A stretch of 64,000 bases of DNA from Stackebrandtia albiflava (GCF_007994225.1 NZ_VLLL01000007.1:365686-429685), one strand, 5' to 3'; shown: positions 9,250-20,538, counted from the first letter of the stretch. The notes: a model not told the origin generated them from the sequence alone. Program-made: numbers and translations.

Positions 9250-9396
9250 ATCGCCAAGGGTAACCGAACTCCCCCGCCAACGATTTGACCGATCGGAAGG
9301 TTGCGTGAAAGTCGTGACACCCGGGGGTGCGCGACGGTCACCGCGGCCCGGTCGTAACGGGTCGGACGGGTTGCGGCGGGGTGGCGCGCCCGAGGG

Positions 9397-9957
9397 TCAC
9401 TCCACCGCCTGGGCCAGCACCTCCAGTGCCTTGGCGACGTTCTCCGGCGGCTGGTCGCTGTTGCCCTCCCGCAGGATGCGGGTCGCCTCGGCGGCGAGCC
9501 CGCGCAGCCTGTCCCGTTCCGCCACTATGGACGCCATCCGCGCCACCTCCGACTTGGTGCGCTCCTTCATGCTCCACAGGTCGACGAATATCGACACCTT
9601 GGCGCGGAGCGCCCACGGATCGAACGGTTTGGTGATGTAGTCGACGGCCCCGGCGGCGTACCCGCGGAACGCCATGTGGGAGTCCTTGTCGGCGGCGGTC
9701 AGGAAGATGATCGGGGTGTGCCGGGTGGCCTCCCGCTGTTTGATGCGTTGCGCCGTCTCGAAGCCGTCCATGCCGGGCATCTGGGCGTCGAGCAGGATGA
9801 CCGCGAACTCCTCGGTGAGGAGTTTCTTCAACGCCCCCTCCCCGGACGTGACCGCCACCGTGGACACCGGCATGCCCTGCATGATCGCCTCGAGGGCCAC
9901 CAGGTTCTCCCGCCGGTCGTCGACCAGCAGCACCCTCGCCTGGCGTGTCCCGCTCAT
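9397..9957 (-). CDS. single-domain response regulator (REC)
   Basis: VLLVDD...D...LLDAQMPGMDG...K motifs of a receiver domain. The ATG overlaps the kinase stop. Confidence 0.8.
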   Translation of the reverse strand: MSGTRQARVLLVDDRRENLVALEAIMQGMPVSTVAVTSGEGALKKLLTEEFAVILLDAQMPGMDGFETAQRIKQREATRHTPIIFLTAADKDSHMAFRGYAAGAVDYITKPFDPWALRAKVSIFVDLWSMKERTKSEVARMASIVAERDRLRGLAAEATRILREGNSDQPPENVAKALEVLAQAVE

Positions 9958-12900
9958 CCCGCGTCCTCCTGTCCGGCCGCGGCGTTGTCGCCGCCCGCGA
10001 TCCAATATGCCATCAGGTCGAGGAGCTCATCGAGGTCGACCGGCTTGGTGACATAGGACGAGGCGCCCGCGTCGAAGCTGGCGTCCCGGTCGGCGGGCAT
10101 CGCCTTCGCGGTCAGGAAGATCACCGGCAGGTCGGCGAACCTGGGGATGCGGCGGATCGCCCGGGTGGTCTCGTTGCCGTCCATGTCCGGCATCATCGCG
10201 TCCATCAGGACGATGTCGACGTCTTCGCGTTCGGTGAGGCGGGCGATGCCGTCGGCGCCGTTGTCGGCGTAGACGACGGTGATGCCGTGCATCTCCAGTG
10301 CGGCCGTCAACGCGAACACGTTCCGCACGTCGTCGTCGACGATCAGGACCGTGGAGCCCTCCAGTTCCGCCATGGCGGGGCGGTGGTCCTCGCTCGATCC
10401 GGAGCCGCCGCGCAGGATGGGGCGGTTCTGCCAGTCCCCGGAGTCGCCTTCGGCGGGTTCGGGCTCCGGCAGGGCCATCGGCAGGTCGCTGACGTTGAAC
10501 GGTTCGGCGGCGAGCCGGTCGGGGACGTACAGCGTGAAGGTGCTGCCCTCTCCCTCGCGGGTGTCGATGGTGACGGTGCCGCCGAGCAGTTCCGCGTACG
10601 ACTTGCTGATCGACAGGCCGAGCCCGGTGCCGCCGTACTTGCGGGCGGTGCCGCCGTCGGCCTGCTGGAACGGCTCGAAGATCAGCGTCAGCTTGTCGTC
10701 GGAGATGCCGATCCCGCTGTCGGTGACGGAGAACCCGTATACGCGTTCGGCGTTGTCGAGCGACGGGATGCCGAACATGACGTCCGAGGCGACCGTGTCG
10801 ACCCGCAGTGACACCGACCCACCGGAGTCGGTGAACTTGACGGCGTTCGACAGCAGGTTCCGCAGCACCTGCTGGAGTTTCTGTGAGTCGGTGACGAACG
10901 TCGCCGGGGTGCCCGGCGCGATCTCGACGCTGAAGTCGAGGCCCTTCTCCTCTGCCTGCGGCCGGAAGTTCTGTTCGGCGTGCCCGAACAGTTCCGCGAA
11001 CGACACCTCGTGCGGATCGACGTCCATCCGGCCCGCCTCGATCTTCGACAGGTCGAGGATGTCGTCGATGAGCGCCAGCAGGTCGGATCCGGCACTGTGG
11101 ATGGTCTTGGCGAAGTCGATCTGCTTGTCGGTGAGGTTGGCCTCGGTGTTCTCGGCGAGCAGCCGCGCCAGCAGCAGCAGCGAGTTCAGCGGCGTCCGCA
11201 GCTCGTGGCTGATGTTGGCCAGGAACTCGCTCTTGTAGCGGGACGCCTGCGCGAGCTGTTCGGCCTTCTCCTCGAGCCCGATGCGGGCGTTCTCGACGTC
11301 CCGGTTCTTGATCTCGATCTCGCGGTTCTGGGCGCCGAGCTGCCGGGCGGTCTCCTCCAGTTCGTCGTTGGCGCGTTGCAGCTCGTAGGAGCGTTCTCGG
11401 ATCTCGTCGGCCATCCGGCGGGACTCGGTGAGCAGCGCGTCCTGCCTGGCGTTGGCGGCGATGTTGTTCAACGCGGTGCCGATGTTGGTGCCGAGCCGTT
11501 CCAGGAAGGAGATGTGCAGCGGCGAGAACTTGTGGAACGACGCGAACTCGACGACGCCCAACGGCTCGCCCTCGAACTGGATGGGCATGATGACGACGTC
11601 GGCGGGCGTGGCCTCGCCCAGGCCCGAACGGATCGTGAGGTAGCCGTCGGGGATGTCGGTGACCCGGATGGTGTGGCGCGACGCCGCCGCCTGCCCGACG
11701 AGTCCCTCGCCGGGCGCGTACACGACCTCGGTGCCGGGTTGGGCGTAGCCGTACCAGCCGGTGAGGCTGAAGCGTTCGCTTCCGTCGCCCTTGGTCTCCT
11801 TGGTGAAGAAGGTGCCGGTCTGGGCTTCGACCAGCGGGGTCACCTCGTTCATGATCATGCGGCAGACCTCGCCGACCTCCCGCTGGCCCTGGAGGAGGCC
11901 GGACACCCGGGCGAGGTTGGAGTTCATCCAGTCGGCGTCGGCGTTCTTGGTGGTGGTCTCGCGCAGCGCCACGATCATCTGGTTGATGCTCTCGCGCAGT
12001 TCGGCGACCTCGCCGGCCGCTTCGACGTTGACCGACTGGGTGAGGTCGCCCTGCGCGACGGAGTCGGCGACCTGTGCGATCGACCGCAACTGGTTGGTGA
12101 GGGTGGTCGCCAGGCCGTTGACGTTGTCGGTGAGTGCCCGCCACGTGCCGGAGACGTCCTTGACCTCCGCCTGGCCGCCGAGGCGGCCCTCGGTGCCGAC
12201 CTCGCGGGCGACCCTGGTGACCTCACCGGCGAAGCTGGACAACTGGTCGACCATCGTGTTGACGGTGTTCTTCAGTTCCAGGATCTCGCCCTGCGCGTCG
12301 ACGGTGATCTTCTGGTTGAGGTCGCCCTGCTCCACGGCCTTGGTGACGGTGGCGATGTTGCGGACCTGCTCGGTGAGGTTCGACGCCATCGAGTTGACGT
12401 TGTCGGTGAGGTCCTTCCAGGTGCCGGAAACGCCCCGCACCTCCGCCTGACCGCCCAACTTCCCCTCGGTGCCGACCTCCCGGGCGACCCGGGTCACCTC
12501 GCCGGCGAAACTGGACAACTGGTCCACCATCGTGTTCATGGTGTTCTTCAACTGCAGGATCTCGCCCTGCGCGTCCACGGTGATGGTCTGGGACAGGTCG
12601 CCTTCGGCGACGGCGGTGGCGACGGTGGCGATGTTGCGGACCTGCTCGGTCAGGTTCGACGCCATCTGGTTGACGTTGTCCGTCAACTCCTTCCAGATGC
12701 CGGACGCCTCCCGGACGTTCGCCTGACCGCCCAGGCGGCCCTCGGTGCCGACCTCCCGGGCGACCCGGGTCACCTCGTCCGCGAACCGGGACAGCTGTTC
12801 CACCATGGTGTTCATGGTGTTCTTGAGTTCGTGGATCTCGCCCTGCGCGTCCACGGTGATCTTCTGCGACAGGTCGCCCAGCGCCACCGCGGTCGCGACG

Positions 12901-14348
12901 GCCGAGATGTTGCGGACCTGTTCGGTCAGGTTGAACGCCATGAGGTTGACGTTCTGGGTGAGGTCCTTCCAGATGCCGGAGACGCCGCTGACGTTGGCCT
13001 GACCGCCGAGGCGGCCCTGTGTGCCGACCTCCCGCGCCAACCGGTTGACCTCGTCACCGAAGCTGGACAACTGGTCGACCATCGTGTTGACGGTGTTCTT
13101 CAGCGCCGCGACCTCGCCCTGCGCGTCGACGGTGATCTTCTGCGACATGTCGCCCTGCGCGACGGCCTTCGTGACCGACGCGATGTTGCGGACCTGGTCG
13201 GTGAGGTTGCGGGCGAGCTGGTTGACGTTCTCGGTGAGGTCCCGCCACGTGCCGGACACCCCGTAGACCTGCGCCTGGCCGCCGAGGCGGCCCTCGGTGC
13301 CGACCTCGCGGGCGACCCGGGTCACCTCGCCGGCGAAGCTGGACAACTGGTCCACCATCGTGTTGACGGTGTTCTTCAACTCCAGGATCTCGCCCTGCGC
13401 GGCGACGGAGATCTTCTGCGACAGGTCGCCCTGCGCGACCGCGGTCGCGACCGTGGCGATGTTACGGACCTGCTCGGTCAGGTTCGACGCCATCGAGTTG
13501 ACGTTCTCGGTGAGGTCCTTCCAGGTGCCCGCGACACCCGGCACCTCGGCCTGGCCGCCGAGTTTGCCCTCGGTGCCGACCTCCCGGGCGACCCGGGTGA
13601 CCTCCCCCGCGAACACCTGGAGCGTGTTGGTGAGGGAGTTGATCGTGTCGGCGAGTTCGGCGACCTCCCCCTTGGCGTCGACGTCGACGGTCTGGTCGAG
13701 GTCACCGGCGGCGATCGCGTTGGTGACGCGGGCGATGGAGCGCACCTGGTTGGTCAGGTTCGACGCCATCGTGTTGACCGAGTCGGTGAGCGACCGCCAA
13801 CGGCCCGAGACGCCCTGGATGTCGGCCTGGCCGCCCAGTTTCCCGTCGACGCCCACCTCACGTGCCACTCGGGTCACCTCGTCCGCGAACGCGGCGAGCA
13901 GGTCGACCATGCGGTTGACCGTCTCGGCGATGCCGCGGAACTCCCCCCGCAGCGGCCGCCCCTCGATCTCCAGGTGGGCGCGTTGCGCCAGGTCGCCCTC
14001 GGCGACGGCGTTCAGGACGCGGGCGATCTCGGAGGTGGGCCGGACCACGTCGTCTACCAGGCCGTTGACCGCTTCGGCACCGGTGCGCCACGAACCGTCG
14101 AGGTGTTCCACGTCGAGCCGTTCGTTGAGCCTGCCCTCCCGGCCCACGACCCGGCTGATCAACTGGAGTTCACGGGTGTGCCGGTCGGAGCGTTCGGCGA
14201 GGCCGTTGAACCGGTCGGCCACCAGCCCCGCGACACCCTCCCCGCGCGGCAGCCGGACCGTGAAGTCGCCGGCCTCCAGCTTGCGAAGTCCTTCGGCAAG
14301 TGACTCCAGCAGGGTGTCGTCGGTGACGGCCACCTGGGTGCCTGTCAT
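9954..14348 (-). CDS. hybrid sensor histidine kinase with a poly-HAMP array, GAF, HisKA, HATPase_c and a C-terminal REC domain
   Basis: About 9 tandem ~92-aa HAMP-like units ([24 protein letters not shown]...[12 protein letters not shown]), GAF, an H-box [10 protein letters not shown]-boxes DSGIGI/GGTGLGL, and a receiver domain LIVDDD...DAMMPDMDG. Confidence 0.9.
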   Translation of the reverse strand: MTGTQVAVTDDTLLESLAEGLRKLEAGDFTVRLPRGEGVAGLVADRFNGLAERSDRHTRELQLISRVVGREGRLNERLDVEHLDGSWRTGAEAVNGLVDDVVRPTSEIARVLNAVAEGDLAQRAHLEIEGRPLRGEFRGIAETVNRMVDLLAAFADEVTRVAREVGVDGKLGGQADIQGVSGRWRSLTDSVNTMASNLTNQVRSIARVTNAIAAGDLDQTVDVDAKGEVAELADTINSLTNTLQVFAGEVTRVAREVGTEGKLGGQAEVPGVAGTWKDLTENVNSMASNLTEQVRNIATVATAVAQGDLSQKISVAAQGEILELKNTVNTMVDQLSSFAGEVTRVAREVGTEGRLGGQAQVYGVSGTWRDLTENVNQLARNLTDQVRNIASVTKAVAQGDMSQKITVDAQGEVAALKNTVNTMVDQLSSFGDEVNRLAREVGTQGRLGGQANVSGVSGIWKDLTQNVNLMAFNLTEQVRNISAVATAVALGDLSQKITVDAQGEIHELKNTMNTMVEQLSRFADEVTRVAREVGTEGRLGGQANVREASGIWKELTDNVNQMASNLTEQVRNIATVATAVAEGDLSQTITVDAQGEILQLKNTMNTMVDQLSSFAGEVTRVAREVGTEGKLGGQAEVRGVSGTWKDLTDNVNSMASNLTEQVRNIATVTKAVEQGDLNQKITVDAQGEILELKNTVNTMVDQLSSFAGEVTRVAREVGTEGRLGGQAEVKDVSGTWRALTDNVNGLATTLTNQLRSIAQVADSVAQGDLTQSVNVEAAGEVAELRESINQMIVALRETTTKNADADWMNSNLARVSGLLQGQREVGEVCRMIMNEVTPLVEAQTGTFFTKETKGDGSERFSLTGWYGYAQPGTEVVYAPGEGLVGQAAASRHTIRVTDIPDGYLTIRSGLGEATPADVVIMPIQFEGEPLGVVEFASFHKFSPLHISFLERLGTNIGTALNNIAANARQDALLTESRRMADEIRERSYELQRANDELEETARQLGAQNREIEIKNRDVENARIGLEEKAEQLAQASRYKSEFLANISHELRTPLNSLLLLARLLAENTEANLTDKQIDFAKTIHSAGSDLLALIDDILDLSKIEAGRMDVDPHEVSFAELFGHAEQNFRPQAEEKGLDFSVEIAPGTPATFVTDSQKLQQVLRNLLSNAVKFTDSGGSVSLRVDTVASDVMFGIPSLDNAERVYGFSVTDSGIGISDDKLTLIFEPFQQADGGTARKYGGTGLGLSISKSYAELLGGTVTIDTREGEGSTFTLYVPDRLAAEPFNVSDLPMALPEPEPAEGDSGDWQNRPILRGGSGSSEDHRPAMAELEGSTVLIVDDDVRNVFALTAALEMHGITVVYADNGADGIARLTEREDVDIVLMDAMMPDMDGNETTRAIRRIPRFADLPVIFLTAKAMPADRDASFDAGASSYVTKPVDLDELLDLMAYWIAGGDNAAAGQEDAG
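11900..13900. repeat. Intragenic 276-bp tandem DNA repeats (about 7 copies) encoding the HAMP units
   Basis: Near-identical segments recur at 276-bp spacing. Plus-strand pseudo-ORFs starting [11 protein letters not shown] occur at 12469, 12745, 13021 and 13297. Confidence 0.85.
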
Positions 14349-14386
14349 GTCGTCCTCACAATTCGTCTCACCGGGGTCTCTTCGGC

Positions 14387-16471
14387 GTGATCACGGGATC
14401 ACCCGTCGTGTTTTCCGCCCTCCCCCGCATCCCGGCTTCACCGGTGCGGGAGACTCAGGTGGTGTCTGTTCGTGCACGTAAACAGCTTCGACTGCCGGCT
14501 GATCACCGGTCGCCCGCCGCGGCACGCGCCGTGGTGCGTGAAGTCCTCGCCGAAGTGGGCCTGACGGACCTGCTGGACGAGGCGCTTCTGCTCACCACCG
14601 AGCTGGCCACCAACGGCGTCGTTCACGCCGGTACGGATATCGACGTCAACGTCGTGGCCGATGACTCCGGGGTCACAGTAACCGTAACCGACTATCGGTC
14701 CGGTCCGATAGAGCCGACGACGTTGACACCACCCGACGAGATGGCCGAACACGGCCGGGGCCTGCTCCTGGTGGACCAGTTCGCGTCGTCGTGGGGCACC
14801 AGCCACGACGCGTCCGGCAAGGGCGTGTGGTTCCGCCTCGACCGGCACGGGAAGTCGGCGGGCACCGCCGAGCGTGGCGCGGAGGAGCCGCCCCCGGTGG
14901 CGTCGGCGGAGGTGTCGGAGGAGGACGTGGAGGCGACCGCCCGCGCCGCGGAGCGCGTGTCGTGGCTGATCCACGTCAACGACGAGTTGCGGCAACGCCT
15001 GACGTTGACGCAGCTGTTGTCGGAGATGCTGCTGCGGCTGTGCGAGGTCGTGGGCGCCGCCGGTGGCGTGGTGTGGCTCGACGGCGGGGACGGCCCGGTG
15101 GCACTGGCGAGGCAGGGCACCACGGGCACGGCGCCGCCGGTGCGGGTGCCGTTGCCGTTGACGCTGCCGGACTCCGGGCACCTGGAGGTGTTCCCGGACC
15201 GGCCCGCGCCACCGTACTGGTTGTCGCTGGCGGCGTTGTCGGCCGACCGGATGGGCCTGGCCATCGAGACCGACCGGATCGCGCACACCGACCGGCGGCG
15301 CCGGAACTGGCTGACGTTCCTGGCCGAGGCCGGTGAACTGTTGGCGCAGTCGCTGGACGTCGATCTGACGTTGGCGCTGATTCCGCAGATCATGGTGCCT
15401 CGGCTGGGTGAGTGGTCCGCGGTGCACGTCATCGACGAGTGGAACGAGCTGAAGCTCGCCGCGGTGCTGCACACCGACGAGTCGAAACTCCCCAGGTTGA
15501 AGCAGTTGCTGGGCGGTGCGGGAGCCGCCCGGTTGGCGGAGGCGCGGTCGGGTGGCGCGGTGGTCCCGTTGCCGCCTCCCCTGGAGGGCGTGGTGGTGCC
15601 GTTGACGGCGCGCGGCCAGGTGTTGGGGACGTTGACGGTGGGACGGCCCGTCGACCGTACGCACACGCCCGACGACATAACGATCCTGGAGGACGCGGCG
15701 CGGCGGGCGGCGTTGGCGATCGACAACGCCCGGATCCACTCCGACCGGCATCAGATCGCGCAGGCGTTCCAGCAGGCGTTGTTGCCGTCGGCGCTGCCGG
15801 TGGCCGAGGGCGTCGGGTTCGCCGCCGAGTACGTTCCGGCGTCGACGGGCACCGACGTCGGCGGGGACTTCTACGACGTCGTGGAGCTGTCCGGTGGCCG
15901 GTTCAGCGTGTCGGTGGGCGACGTGTGCGGCAAGGGCGCGCAGGCGGCGGCCGTGACGGGACTGGTCCGGGACGTGCTGCGCGTGATGGCGCGGGACGAG
16001 CGGCCGTTGCCCCGCACCCTGGAGTTGTTGAACCACACACTGCTGGAGCAGCCCGAGGAGGGACGGTACGCGACCCTGGCGACGGCGTTGGCGGAACCGG
16101 ACGGCGACGACCTCGCGGTGACGTTGTACCTGTCGGGCCACGAACGGCCGTTGCTGCTGCACGCCGACGGCCGGTGCGACTACGTGGGGAGCCTGGGAAC
16201 GGCGGTGGGCCTGCTGCCGAACCTGGCGGTGAACCCGGCGCGGCTGTCGCTGCGGCCCGGTGACGCCCTGGTGTTCTACACCGACGGGGTGACGGAGCGG
16301 CGGCACGGGAACCAGTTGTTCGGGCACTCGGGGATCTGCCGGGCGTTGCGTCCGCTCGGTGGCTATCCGGCGAAGGTGATCGCGACGAAGCTGCGCACCG
16401 AGGTGCTGAACTTCTCCGACGAGGACCCCCGCGACGACATGGCGATCCTGGTACTGGCCAACGAGACCTGA
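14387..16471 (+). CDS. RsbW-like HATPase (anti-sigma kinase) - GAF - PP2C/SpoIIE phosphatase fusion protein
   Basis: N-terminal RsbW-like [11 protein letters not shown]...HGRGLLLVD, a central GAF, and a C-terminal PP2C region ([18 protein letters not shown]). The start could also be the GTG at 14459, which is preceded by GGGAGA. Confidence 0.8.
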   Translation: MITGSPVVFSALPRIPASPVRETQVVSVRARKQLRLPADHRSPAAARAVVREVLAEVGLTDLLDEALLLTTELATNGVVHAGTDIDVNVVADDSGVTVTVTDYRSGPIEPTTLTPPDEMAEHGRGLLLVDQFASSWGTSHDASGKGVWFRLDRHGKSAGTAERGAEEPPPVASAEVSEEDVEATARAAERVSWLIHVNDELRQRLTLTQLLSEMLLRLCEVVGAAGGVVWLDGGDGPVALARQGTTGTAPPVRVPLPLTLPDSGHLEVFPDRPAPPYWLSLAALSADRMGLAIETDRIAHTDRRRRNWLTFLAEAGELLAQSLDVDLTLALIPQIMVPRLGEWSAVHVIDEWNELKLAAVLHTDESKLPRLKQLLGGAGAARLAEARSGGAVVPLPPPLEGVVVPLTARGQVLGTLTVGRPVDRTHTPDDITILEDAARRAALAIDNARIHSDRHQIAQAFQQALLPSALPVAEGVGFAAEYVPASTGTDVGGDFYDVVELSGGRFSVSVGDVCGKGAQAAAVTGLVRDVLRVMARDERPLPRTLELLNHTLLEQPEEGRYATLATALAEPDGDDLAVTLYLSGHERPLLLHADGRCDYVGSLGTAVGLLPNLAVNPARLSLRPGDALVFYTDGVTERRHGNQLFGHSGICRALRPLGGYPAKVIATKLRTEVLNFSDEDPRDDMAILVLANET

Positions 16472-16473
16472 CG
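16432..16473. repeat. Left copy of a 42-bp direct repeat; it is the authentic 3' end of the PP2C gene
   Basis: CGACGACATGGCGATCCTGGTACTGGCCAACGAGACCTGACG, identical to 16967-17008. Confidence 0.9.
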
Positions 16474-16620
16474 ACTACGGAAGCATTTCGATTCGTTACT
16501 CGAATAGCATCGTCGCTATTGGATAACACCCGGCCGGCGGATAATTCTGCTGACGGTGTTCCGGAAGGCCCGGATGCGTGAGCGACGCGAGATCACGCGG
16601 GCACGCTGGGCCATGATCCG

Positions 16621-16944
16621 GTGCATGCGTGGTGGAGGAACAGGATGGCGACTGAGGAGAGTTGGCGTTCACTACGGAACCGACGCATGGCCGAACCGGG
16701 GGCGGCCGACGCTTATCGCGCAGCCGAGGTGGCATACGAACTGGGCGCGCAGGTTCATCGGCTCCGTATCGAGAATCGATGGACGCAGGAACAGCTCGCC
16801 GTCGCTGCCGGGATGACGCAATCGGCCGTGGCCAGGTTCGAGGCGGGGGCCGCGGTCCCGACGATCCCCGTTCTCGCCCGCCTTGCGAAGGCGTTGTCCA
16901 CCGAACTGTCGGTGTCCTTCGTGGACCGGCCCAAGGCGGGTTAG
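16621..16944 (+). CDS. XRE-family helix-turn-helix protein (HigA-like, orphan) lying between the 42-bp direct repeats
   Basis: HTH_3 signature WTQEQLAVAAGMTQSAVARFEAG. It is preceded by an unusually AT-rich 140-bp segment containing the inverted repeat AATAGC-N6-GCTATT. Confidence 0.65.
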   Translation: MHAWWRNRMATEESWRSLRNRRMAEPGAADAYRAAEVAYELGAQVHRLRIENRWTQEQLAVAAGMTQSAVARFEAGAAVPTIPVLARLAKALSTELSVSFVDRPKAG

Positions 16945-16966
16945 TCGACGTCTCGCGCGACCGCCA

Positions 16967-17008
16967 CGACGACATGGCGATCCTGGTACTGGCCAACGAG
17001 ACCTGACG
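16967..17008. repeat. Right copy of the 42-bp direct repeat
   Basis: Exact duplicate of 16432-16473, which encodes the C-terminus ...[12 protein letters not shown] of the PP2C gene. Confidence 0.9.
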
Positions 17009-17010
17009 GG

Positions 17011-17706
17011 TCACCGCCGGGACAGGTAGTGGCGGCGTAGTTCCGGGGTCAGTCTCTCGACGGCGTAGCGCAGTGTGACGCGGGGCAGGCCGGGGAAGCG
17101 GTCGAGGAAGTCGCGCAGCCGGGATTCGTCGACGCGGCCGATCTCCCGCAGCGCCACCCCCACCGACTTGTTCACCAGCTCCTCCGGGTCGTCGCGCAGC
17201 CGTTCCGCCAGTGCGAGGGGGTCGTCGAGGTCGCCCTGCCGGATGATCCAGAACGCGGCGGTGATCGCGGTGCGGCGTTCCCACCGGTCGGTGGATTCCG
17301 CGAGCCGGAACAACGGGTCACGTGGCTTGTCCAGCAGGTACCCGCCGACCACCCTGGGCGCCGCCCGGTCCACCAGGTCCCAGTTGTCGATCCGGTCGTG
17401 CCGCCGCAGGTAGAGCTCGTAGCACAGGCGCCTCTCCTCGTCCGTGACGCGGCGGCGGCGCACCTTGAAGTCGAGGACGGCGACCGCTCCGACGCGGGCC
17501 TCGTAGTACCGGCTCTCCAGTAGGCGTTCCACCTCGGCCGGCGGCATCGCGACGTGGCGTTTCGCGGTGTCGAAGACGTCTCTCATGCGCAGGCCCATGA
17601 ACAGCGTGTCCTCGCCGCCGTGGAAGTGCCGGGGTCTCTCGGCCCCGCCGTCCCGGCGTTCGTGCGTCGCCAGTTCCGTGATGAAGGCGTCTGCGGTGGT
17701 TTCCAC
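17011..17706 (-). CDS. DNA alkylation repair protein (AlkD/AlkC-like HEAT-repeat glycosylase family)
   Basis: DNA_alkylation-family sequence (YYEARVGAVAVL...RAAPRVVGGYL...NKSVGVALREIG). The GTG at 17706 was chosen; the longer ORF upstream overlaps ptrB. Confidence 0.6.
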   Translation of the reverse strand: METTADAFITELATHERRDGGAERPRHFHGGEDTLFMGLRMRDVFDTAKRHVAMPPAEVERLLESRYYEARVGAVAVLDFKVRRRRVTDEERRLCYELYLRRHDRIDNWDLVDRAAPRVVGGYLLDKPRDPLFRLAESTDRWERRTAITAAFWIIRQGDLDDPLALAERLRDDPEELVNKSVGVALREIGRVDESRLRDFLDRFPGLPRVTLRYAVERLTPELRRHYLSRR

Positions 17707-17844
17707 GGTGTCCTCGCTCGGTGTGGTGGGCGCTGGGAACCGAACGGTACGCGCCGGGTGGGACGACGGTGTGACGGCACACGGGGTGCGGGAGCCGTGC
17801 GGCGGGCACCGTCCGGTCACGACATTGGCGGGTAGCCTGACCGG

Positions 17845-19908
17845 ATGCAGAATCCACCGGTCGCGAAACGCGTCGACAGCCCCCGTACCCATCACGGCGA
17901 CACCGTGAACGACCCGTATGCCTGGCTCCGTGACTCCGACAACCCCGAGACGATCGCCCACCTCAAGGCGGAGAACGAGTACACCGAAGGACTCACCGGT
18001 CATCTGGCCGGGCTGCGCGGCGAGATATTCGACGAGATAAAGAACCGCACCCAGGAGACCGACCTGTCCGTGCCGTTCCGCAAGGGCGGGTGGTGGTACT
18101 ACACCCGGACCGTGGAGGGCCGGCAGTACGGCATCCACTGCCGGGTGAAGGCCGACGGCGACACGCCGCCGGAACTGGGTGACGGTTCGGCGTTGCCGGG
18201 CGAGGAGGTGTTGTTGGACGAGAACGCGCTCGCGGAGGGGCATGACTTCTTCTCGCTGGGCGTGTTCGACGTGTCATGCGACGGCAACCTGTTGGCCTAC
18301 GCCGTGGACTTCGCGGGGAACGAACGGTTCACCCTGAAGTTCAAGGACCTGGGCACCGGCGTCGACCTGCCGGACGTCATCGAGGGCGTCTTCTACGGTG
18401 GCGCGTGGAGCCGTTCGGGCGACTACTTCTTCTACGCCACGGTCGACGAGACGTGGCGGCCGGACAAGATCTGGCGGCACCGGCTCGGCGACACCGGTGA
18501 CGACCCGCTGGTCTACACCGAGACCGACGAACGCTTCTGGACCGGTATCGAGCTGTCCCGCAGTGAGGAGTACCTGTTCCTGGAGTCGCATTCGAAGGTG
18601 ACGTCGGAGATCCGGTTCCTGGCCGCCGGCGACCCGACCGGCGAGTTCACCGTGATGGGACCGGGCCGCCGCACCGGCATCGAGGTCAGCGTCGACCACC
18701 AGGGTGACCGGTTCATCGTGCTGCACAACGACGGCGCGGAAAACTTCGTGCTCGGTTGGACGCCGGTGGACGACACGACCCGGTTCCACACCCTCATCGA
18801 ACACCGCGACGACACCCGGCTGGAGGGCGCGGAGGCGTTCGCGGACCACATCGTGGTGCACCTGCGGTCGGAGGGACTGTCGGGGATCCGGATCCTCCCG
18901 AATGACGGCCCGGCGCGCGACATCCGGTTCGACGAGCCGGTGTACACGGCGCGCCCGACCACCAACCCCGAGTACCGGACGGGCATGCTGCGGCTGTCGT
19001 ACCAGTCGCTGGTGACACCGGACTCGGTGTACGACTACGACATCGCGACTGGGGAACTGTTGCTGCGCAAGCAGAAGCCCGTGCTCGGCGGTTACCGTCC
19101 CGAGGACTACCGGCAGCAGCGCGACTGGGCGACGGCCGCGGACGGCACCCGGATCCCGATCTCGATCGTGCACCGCGCGGACGTGACCCCGGACGGTACG
19201 GCGCCCTGCCTGCTGTACGGCTACGGCAGCTACGAGACCAGCATCGACCCGTACTTCTCGGCCGTGCGGCTGTCGCTTCTGGACCGTGGCGTGGTGTACG
19301 CGATCGCCCACGTGCGCGGTGGTGGCGAGATGGGCCGCCACTGGTACGAGAACGGCAAGATGCTGCACAAGAAGAACACGTTCACCGACTTCGTCGCCTG
19401 TGCCGAGCACATGGTGTCGGCGGGCTGGTCGGCTCCGGACGGGCTCGTCGCACGCGGCGGATCCGCCGGTGGCCTGCTGATGGGCGCGGTCACGAACCTG
19501 GCCCCGGACCGGTTCGCGGGCGTGTGCGCGGAGGTGCCGTTCGTGGACGCCCTCAACACGATCCTCGACCCGTCGCTGCCGTTGACGGTCATCGAATGGG
19601 ACGAGTGGGGCGACCCGCTGCACGACCCCGAGGTGTACCGGTACATGAAGTCGTACAGTCCGTACGAGAACGTCACCGCGACGGACTACCCGCCGATCCT
19701 GGCGGTCACCAGCCTCAACGACACGCGGGTGGGCTTCCACGAGCCCGCCAAGTGGGTCGCGAGGTTGCGGGCGGAGGCCACCGGCGGGCCGTTCCTGTTG
19801 AAGACGGAGATGGAGGCCGGGCACGGCGGCCGCTCCGGCAGGTACGACGCCTGGCACGAGGAGGCGTTCAACCTCGCCTGGATCCTGGACCGGATGGGCA
19901 AGGCGTAA
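17845..19908 (+). CDS. ptrB: oligopeptidase B (protease II), S9A prolyl oligopeptidase family
   Basis: S9A N-terminal beta-propeller plus a C-terminal alpha/beta hydrolase with GGSAGG nucleophile elbow. Length 687 aa. Confidence 0.85.
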   Translation: MQNPPVAKRVDSPRTHHGDTVNDPYAWLRDSDNPETIAHLKAENEYTEGLTGHLAGLRGEIFDEIKNRTQETDLSVPFRKGGWWYYTRTVEGRQYGIHCRVKADGDTPPELGDGSALPGEEVLLDENALAEGHDFFSLGVFDVSCDGNLLAYAVDFAGNERFTLKFKDLGTGVDLPDVIEGVFYGGAWSRSGDYFFYATVDETWRPDKIWRHRLGDTGDDPLVYTETDERFWTGIELSRSEEYLFLESHSKVTSEIRFLAAGDPTGEFTVMGPGRRTGIEVSVDHQGDRFIVLHNDGAENFVLGWTPVDDTTRFHTLIEHRDDTRLEGAEAFADHIVVHLRSEGLSGIRILPNDGPARDIRFDEPVYTARPTTNPEYRTGMLRLSYQSLVTPDSVYDYDIATGELLLRKQKPVLGGYRPEDYRQQRDWATAADGTRIPISIVHRADVTPDGTAPCLLYGYGSYETSIDPYFSAVRLSLLDRGVVYAIAHVRGGGEMGRHWYENGKMLHKKNTFTDFVACAEHMVSAGWSAPDGLVARGGSAGGLLMGAVTNLAPDRFAGVCAEVPFVDALNTILDPSLPLTVIEWDEWGDPLHDPEVYRYMKSYSPYENVTATDYPPILAVTSLNDTRVGFHEPAKWVARLRAEATGGPFLLKTEMEAGHGGRSGRYDAWHEEAFNLAWILDRMGKA

Positions 19909-19918
19909 CACCACGGTC

Positions 19919-19948
19919 GGCGGGCCACCGGTGATCCGGTGGCCCGCC
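19919..19948. terminator. Bidirectional intrinsic-terminator-like hairpin between convergent ptrB and tetR
   Basis: Perfect 13-bp stem GGCGGGCCACCGG / CCGGTGGCCCGCC with a 4-nt loop TGAT. Confidence 0.5.
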
Positions 19949-19955
19949 GTCGCGT

Positions 19956-20525
19956 TCAGGGGTGGGGCGCGGTCAGGTACCGCTGCACGGTCGGACCGAC
20001 CCACGCGACCAGTTCCCGTTTCGGCATGTCCACCACGGGTGGGAAACACAGCACGTATCGGCACAACGCGACGCCGAGGATCTGGCTCGCGGCCAGCGCG
20101 GCCCGTGACGCGGCCTCCGCCGGGTCGGTGTGCAGGGCGGCGATGACGGGGACCAACTGTCCTGCGAAGACCTCTCGCATCCGGTCGGCGGCGGCCGGGT
20201 CGGTGGCTCCCCGGCGCAGCAACGCCATGAGTGTGTCGTCGCCGTCCCAACGTTCCACGAAGTGCTCCACCAGGGCCGCGCCGACGCGCTCGGGCGGCAG
20301 CGCCGACAGGTCGGGAAGCCGCAGTTCGAACTCGGCGGCGGCGGCGAACAGTCGCTCCTTGTTTCCGAAGTACCGCATGACCATGGAGGGGTCGATCTCG
20401 GCGTCGGCGGCGATGCGGCGGATCGTCGTCCGGTCGTAGCCGTGTCGGGAGAAGTGATCGCGCGCCGTGGCGAGGATGCGGGCGCGGGTCTCGGCGGATC
20501 TGGGTCTCACCTGCTCGGACGTCAT
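19956..20525 (-). CDS. TetR/AcrR family transcriptional regulator
   Basis: TetR_N HTH ARDHFSRHGYDRTTIRRIAADAEIDPSMVMRYFGNKERLF. The ATG at 20525 was chosen. Confidence 0.8.
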   Translation of the reverse strand: MTSEQVRPRSAETRARILATARDHFSRHGYDRTTIRRIAADAEIDPSMVMRYFGNKERLFAAAAEFELRLPDLSALPPERVGAALVEHFVERWDGDDTLMALLRRGATDPAAADRMREVFAGQLVPVIAALHTDPAEAASRAALAASQILGVALCRYVLCFPPVVDMPKRELVAWVGPTVQRYLTAPHP

Positions 20526-20538
20526 GCCCACGAGTGTA

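Noticed and set aside
8077-9288. 403-aa ORF on the plus strand spanning the repeat region and the STAS gene
   Set aside because: Arg/Gly-rich junk translation that runs antisense through the well-supported STAS gene. The region is better explained as non-coding repeats.
11900-13900. Possibility that the 276-bp repeats are a CRISPR-like or mobile repeat array
   Set aside because: Repeats are contiguous with no spacers, in-frame, and encode HAMP units of one continuous kinase ORF.
10980-14303. 1107-aa ORF on the plus strand (and 10027-12144 minus, different frame)
   Set aside because: Antisense or off-frame to the histidine-kinase gene. The translation is repetitive and Asp/Gly/Val-rich with no domain.
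14438-16327. 629-aa ORF on the minus strand
   Set aside because: Antisense to the RsbW-GAF-PP2C gene. Low-complexity Arg/Pro/Gln-rich.
17707-18243. N-terminal extension of the AlkD-like ORF
   Set aside because: Runs antisense into ptrB with junk-like sequence. AlkD-family homology starts at the GTG at 17706.
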